The position numbers and the translations under genes are program-made. Below, one piece after another: positions 59,987-64,000 of a stretch of 64,000 nt of DNA. The stretch comes from Candidatus Latescibacterota bacterium (GTDB lineage Bacteria; Latescibacterota; UBA2968; GCA-2709665). Below the pieces are notes generated by a model, which did no database searches, was not told where the DNA came from, and saw only the letters and a list, made by a program, of their open reading frames with translations. The DNA lies in assembly GCA_965226795.1 (NCBI GenBank), contig CBDDDZ010000005.1:640001-704000 (forward strand). Reading direction: 5' to 3'. Within the stretch, counting starts at the first letter, position 1. Each line of letters starts with the position of its first letter.

Positions 59987-61138
59987 TCACGGAAGCACGG
60001 GCAACTCGCCGGGAATGGTAACGGTGTCCTCGTCTTCCGGGACTTCCTGTTCCGTGCGGAGTTTGTTGTAGAGATTATCGCGTTCCGCGGGTTCCCGTCC
60101 GGTTTCAATAATGCGTTCCACCAGCTGTTTGCGGGTGAGCACCTGGCGGGTTTCCTCGTACGTGCGCCTCGTGATTTCGTACTCCTGGATGGTGCCGTCG
60201 ATGTCGTCCGCGCCGTACCAGAGTGCGACCTGCGAGATTTCGATGGTGTTCATAATCCAGAACGATTTGATATGCTGGAAATTGTCCAGCATGAGTCGAG
60301 CGACGGCGATTTCGCGCAGGTCGGCTTCGCCGGTGGGAGCGGGCAGGTGTTCCAGTTCGGTGCGTTCGGGGTGGAAGGAAAGCGGGATGTAGGCCAGGAA
60401 ACCGCGGGTCTCGTCCTGGAGTTCCCGGAGACTGACCAGATGCTGAACCCGTTCATCCGGATTTTCGATGTGGCCGTAGAGCATCGTGGCGTTGGTGGGC
60501 AGGCCCTCTTCGTGTGCGGTACGGGCGACCCGCATCCATTCGTCGGAGTCGGCCTTGGTCCAGAACATCTCCGCATGGACCCGATCGCTGAAGACTTCGG
60601 CGCCGCCGCCCGGGATCGACGACACGCCCGCTGTTTTGAGTTCCTGCATGACTTCCCGGAGCGGTTTTTTGGCGGCCCTGGCGATCTGAACCCATTCGAT
60701 CGCCGTAAAGGCCTTTATGGCGACCTCCGGTCGGATTTCTTTCACGGCGTGTACGATGTCGATATAGTAGGAATAGGGCAGTTTGGGGTTGATTCCCGCC
60801 ACCATGTGGATTTCGGAGATGGGAACGTGCAGATATTGTCTCACGCGGTCCCGGATGTCTTCCGGCGAGAGGACATATCCCCTGCGGTCTTTCGGCGGCA
60901 CGTAGAAGGAACAGAATCTGCAGAGCTTGTTGCAGATGTTGGTATAGTTAATGTGCTGGTTCCGCACGTACCAGGCCACGTTGCCGCATAGACGCTCGCG
61001 TACGATATTGGCCATGTGCCCCACCGCGTTGAGATTCGACGTACTGTAAAGCCGTATACCGTCGGCGGCGGAGAGGCGTTCGCTGGCGATGACTTTCTCG
61101 AAGATGTCGTTGAGTTCGCTCGGAATTTTCGGTTTCAC
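59987..61138 (-). CDS. mqnE: Aminofutalosine synthase (radical SAM)
   Basis: N.HINYTNIC...C.FC, EIHMV.G, KAFTA.E, HIK.FWIM, GADDIDGT. Confidence 0.87.
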   Translation of the reverse strand: MKPKIPSELNDIFEKVIASERLSAADGIRLYSTSNLNAVGHMANIVRERLCGNVAWYVRNQHINYTNICNKLCRFCSFYVPPKDRRGYVLSPEDIRDRVRQYLHVPISEIHMVAGINPKLPYSYYIDIVHAVKEIRPEVAIKAFTAIEWVQIARAAKKPLREVMQELKTAGVSSIPGGGAEVFSDRVHAEMFWTKADSDEWMRVARTAHEEGLPTNATMLYGHIENPDERVQHLVSLRELQDETRGFLAYIPLSFHPERTELEHLPAPTGEADLREIAVARLMLDNFQHIKSFWIMNTIEISQVALWYGADDIDGTIQEYEITRRTYEETRQVLTRKQLVERIIETGREPAERDNLYNKLRTEQEVPEDEDTVTIPGELPVLP

Positions 61139-61204
61139 CGGGGAATCCTTCTCGTTGGGGCGGACGGAAACAACCCGCCTGGGGCGGGTCCTGCCGACGC
61201 AACT

Positions 61205-62905
61205 TCAATTCTGACTCAGCATTTCTCTCGCGTGTTCCATGGTAAGGGCCGATATTTTTTCCCCGCCCAGAAGTTTCGCAAGTTCCCGCGCGCGCTCATC
61301 TTCCTCCAGCTCGATTACCCGGGTGACGGTGCGGCCATTAGATACGGTCTTATGCACGGCCAGATGGGTATCCGCCATTCTGGCGATTTGAGGGAGATGG
61401 GTTATGCAGATGGTCTGGCGCGCACGCGACAGGCTCTTGAGCTTCCTGCCCACCACGTCGGCGATGCGGCCGGAGATGCCGATGTCGATCTCGTCGAAGA
61501 TGAGGACCTGTACCGGATCGGATTGGGAGAGCACGGATTTCAGGGCAAGCATGATCCGGGACACCTCGCCGCCGGAAGCCACCTTGACCAGCGGCCTGAG
61601 GGCTTCGCCAGGGTTCGTGGAAATGTGGAACTCGACGCGCTCGATGCCCTTCGGGCCCACGCGAAATCGCCGGTTGTCCAGGCTTACCCAACCGTCGGGC
61701 GACTCGTCCCGGATGAGTTCAACGCGAAAATCGGCCCGGGGAATCCCCAGGTCGCCGAGCGCCTCCGTTGTCTCGCGGGAGAGGTCGTGCGCGGCGGCTT
61801 CACGCGCTTTGGAAAGCCCGGCGCACACTTGCGAAAGTCTGGCGCGGGCCGAATCGATTTCCCCTTCGACCTCCTCCAGCGAACGGTCCAACCGCTCCGA
61901 TTGCGCCAGTTCCTCTTCCGCGTTCTCACGGTGCTCAAGCACCGTCTCAAGGCTGCCGCCGTATTTCTTCTTCAGGTGCGCCAGGAGATCCAGACGTCCG
62001 GCGACCTCCGCAAGGCGTTCCGGGTTGTGCTCGACGCTGCGTGCATAGTCCGAAAAAAAACGGGCCAGTTCTTCAATTGCATAACGCTGGGCGGCCAGTT
62101 CATCGGCCCGAAAGCGGAGCGATTCGTCCATCTGTACGGCGTCTTTCAGGAGATGCTCTGCGGCGCCCAGACGATCCAAAATGGAGTCGTCCCCCTGGTA
62201 GAGCATCGTTTCCAGGTGCATGGCGGTTTCGATCAGCCGCTCTGCGTGCGTAAGCATCGACCGTTCCTGCAGGAGGCGCTCGTCCTCGTCAGGTTCCGGA
62301 TCGGCCGAAACGATTTCCTCCACCTGAAATTCGAGAAGGTCTCGCCGGTCGCGCATCCGTTGCGCTTCGGCATCGGCGTTTTTCCGCTTTGCAAGGAGGT
62401 CGGACAGACGACTGTGCGCAATACCGACCGATTCGCGGAGTTTTCCCAGTCTGGCGAACCCGTCCAGAAAGTCGATATGACGTTCCGTGTAAAGAAGAGA
62501 CTGGTGATCGTGTTGTCCATGAAGGTCAACCAGGGCTCTGGCCAGGTCGAGCAGGCTGCGCAGGGGTACGGTGAGACCGTTGACGAAACAGCGGTTTCGG
62601 CCATTCGCGACGACCTCGCGGCGGATGATGAGTTCGCCCTGCTCGGCCTCGATGCCCATGGCGTCCAGGAGCGGCAGACACCGGTGATCGGGTTGTAACT
62701 GGAAAATGGCCTCGACGAGACACCTCTTTTCTCTGGTTCGGATCACTTCCGGGCTCGCCCGCATTCCGAGAACCAGACCCAGGGCGCCGATGAGAATGGA
62801 TTTGCCCGCGCCGGTTTCGCCGGTAATGATGTTCAACCCGGGACCGAGTTCGATTTCAACTCTGTCGATCAACGCGTAGTTGACGACAAGCAGTCGGCAG
62901 AGCAC
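61205..62905 (-). CDS. recN: DNA repair protein RecN
   Basis: TGETGAGKS, HGQHDHQ, ASGGE.SR.ML, FDEID.G, ITHLPQIA. Confidence 0.95.
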   Translation of the reverse strand: MLCRLLVVNYALIDRVEIELGPGLNIITGETGAGKSILIGALGLVLGMRASPEVIRTREKRCLVEAIFQLQPDHRCLPLLDAMGIEAEQGELIIRREVVANGRNRCFVNGLTVPLRSLLDLARALVDLHGQHDHQSLLYTERHIDFLDGFARLGKLRESVGIAHSRLSDLLAKRKNADAEAQRMRDRRDLLEFQVEEIVSADPEPDEDERLLQERSMLTHAERLIETAMHLETMLYQGDDSILDRLGAAEHLLKDAVQMDESLRFRADELAAQRYAIEELARFFSDYARSVEHNPERLAEVAGRLDLLAHLKKKYGGSLETVLEHRENAEEELAQSERLDRSLEEVEGEIDSARARLSQVCAGLSKAREAAAHDLSRETTEALGDLGIPRADFRVELIRDESPDGWVSLDNRRFRVGPKGIERVEFHISTNPGEALRPLVKVASGGEVSRIMLALKSVLSQSDPVQVLIFDEIDIGISGRIADVVGRKLKSLSRARQTICITHLPQIARMADTHLAVHKTVSNGRTVTRVIELEEDERARELAKLLGGEKISALTMEHAREMLSQN

Positions 62906-62907
62906 GG

Positions 62908-63774
62908 TCAGGACTCCTGAGGTTCGCGCCGGTCCAGGCTCCAATCCAATTTGCGCCTGAGCAACTGATAGAAGGAAAGCCCCTGGAGGTTGATCAGACG
63001 GGTCGTATGAGCGGCCTGTCGGATGTGAACGCGTTCTTCGGGCTGTATGGGTGAGACGATCTTGCCGTCGGCGGTTACCATGATATCGCTGTGTTCGGCG
63101 ATCACCTGGACAGTGATCGACTGATTGCCCGGGATGACCGCGGGACGTAGCGAGAGCGAATGCGCGCAGATGGGCGTGATAATGAATGCCCTCAGATCCG
63201 GATGGAGGATGGGACCTCCCGCAGAGAGGCTGTAGCTGGTTGATCCGGTCGGGGTGGATACGATAATGCCATTCCCGAAAAAGGAACTGAACGGCGTGTC
63301 GGAAACCCAGGACTTCACCTGGACGAGGCGGGCGAGCACCCCTTTTTCGATGACAATTTCGTTGAGCGCAAAGAAGGGTTTGTTTCCGATTTCCGCTTCG
63401 AGGGCCATGCGTTCTTCAAGCTGATATTCACCCCGCTTCAATCTTCCCAGACTCTCGCGCAACTCGTCGGGCGCGGCTCCCGCCAGAAATCCCAGTCGGC
63501 CCAGGTTGACGCCCAGAATGGGTTTTTGAGCGGAATCGACCAGTTTGGCCGCCCGGAGAATGGTGCCGTCTCCACCCAGGGCAACGACAATATCCGAGTG
63601 CGCGGCGAGGTCGGCGGCCGGGCGGAAAGTGACATCGTTGGAGAGACAGATTTCCCTTAACGGTTCCTCCAGAATGAGCTCGATGCCCTGGTCGTGCGCA
63701 AGCTGCACGAAATTCTGGATAATGGGACCGATGCCGTCCCGTTTGATATATGCAAGTATGCCAATGCGTTTCAT
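62908..63774 (-). CDS. nadK: NAD kinase
   Basis: LGGDGT.L, G.LGFL, ALNE, STPTGST.YSLSAGGP. Confidence 0.95.
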   Translation of the reverse strand: MKRIGILAYIKRDGIGPIIQNFVQLAHDQGIELILEEPLREICLSNDVTFRPAADLAAHSDIVVALGGDGTILRAAKLVDSAQKPILGVNLGRLGFLAGAAPDELRESLGRLKRGEYQLEERMALEAEIGNKPFFALNEIVIEKGVLARLVQVKSWVSDTPFSSFFGNGIIVSTPTGSTSYSLSAGGPILHPDLRAFIITPICAHSLSLRPAVIPGNQSITVQVIAEHSDIMVTADGKIVSPIQPEERVHIRQAAHTTRLINLQGLSFYQLLRRKLDWSLDRREPQES

Positions 63775-63870
63775 GGGGACCGGGAGCCAGCGGGGCGATT
63801 GTTCAGTTGAGCTGTATGAATGTAGCCTGAATTTGAAGATCTCGCAATCGGTGTTGCACGGGACAGGACA

Positions 63871-63999
63871 TCAGTCCTCGGCTTCCTCTGCGGCGTCCAG
63901 TTCCGTGAGCTGAAAGTCATTTCCGCTCTCGGCGGCCAGGACTTCGACACGCTGCTTGGCCTCTTCCAGCCGCGCACGACAAAGGTTTGACGCTTTCAG
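63871..63999 (-). CDS. xseB: Exodeoxyribonuclease VII small subunit (3' part)
   Basis: Manual translation LKASNLCRARLEEAKQRVEVL...; synteny with nadK-recN. Confidence 0.72.
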   Translation of the reverse strand: MKASNLCRARLEEAKQRVEVLAAESGNDFQLTELDAAEEAED

Positions 64000-64000
64000 T

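Overview
GC-rich bacterial chromosomal segment, probably from a diderm (LptE, RND pump, futalosine menaquinone genes; the phylum cannot be fixed from sequence). Housekeeping and metabolic genes (gap, pfk, comF, radC, cysK, form II coxSLMG, pheST, tRNA-Leu, mqnE/C/A, recN, nadK, xseB) surround a defence hotspot at about 15.3-31.9 kb. The hotspot holds a stand-alone Sir2-like gene, DUF2188, an intact IS (imperfect TIRs, 6-bp TSD), a type III CBASS operon (CD-NTase, HORMA, TRIP13-like AAA+, SLATT-like 2TM effector) with a divergent CapH/CapP-like pair, and a type I R-M locus (HsdR plus fused HsdM-S). The most unusual structure is a 26-nt, 9-nt-periodic repeat (ACATGGATRNACAGGATRNACAGGAT). About 15 copies were seen, all inside this hotspot. 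They form inverted pairs between genes, flank a GxxExxY nuclease-like gene, bracket the AT-rich defence cargo, and one sits in frame inside hsdM-S. This looks like a candidate repeat/nuclease mobile system. Also notable: an AhpD-like CxxU selenoprotein with a SECIS-like hairpin that the ORF track splits in two, and an archaeal-type pheST operon under a Phe (UUC) T-box riboswitch. Three single-base frameshifts may be assembly errors. All family assignments are by motif recognition; no searches were run.
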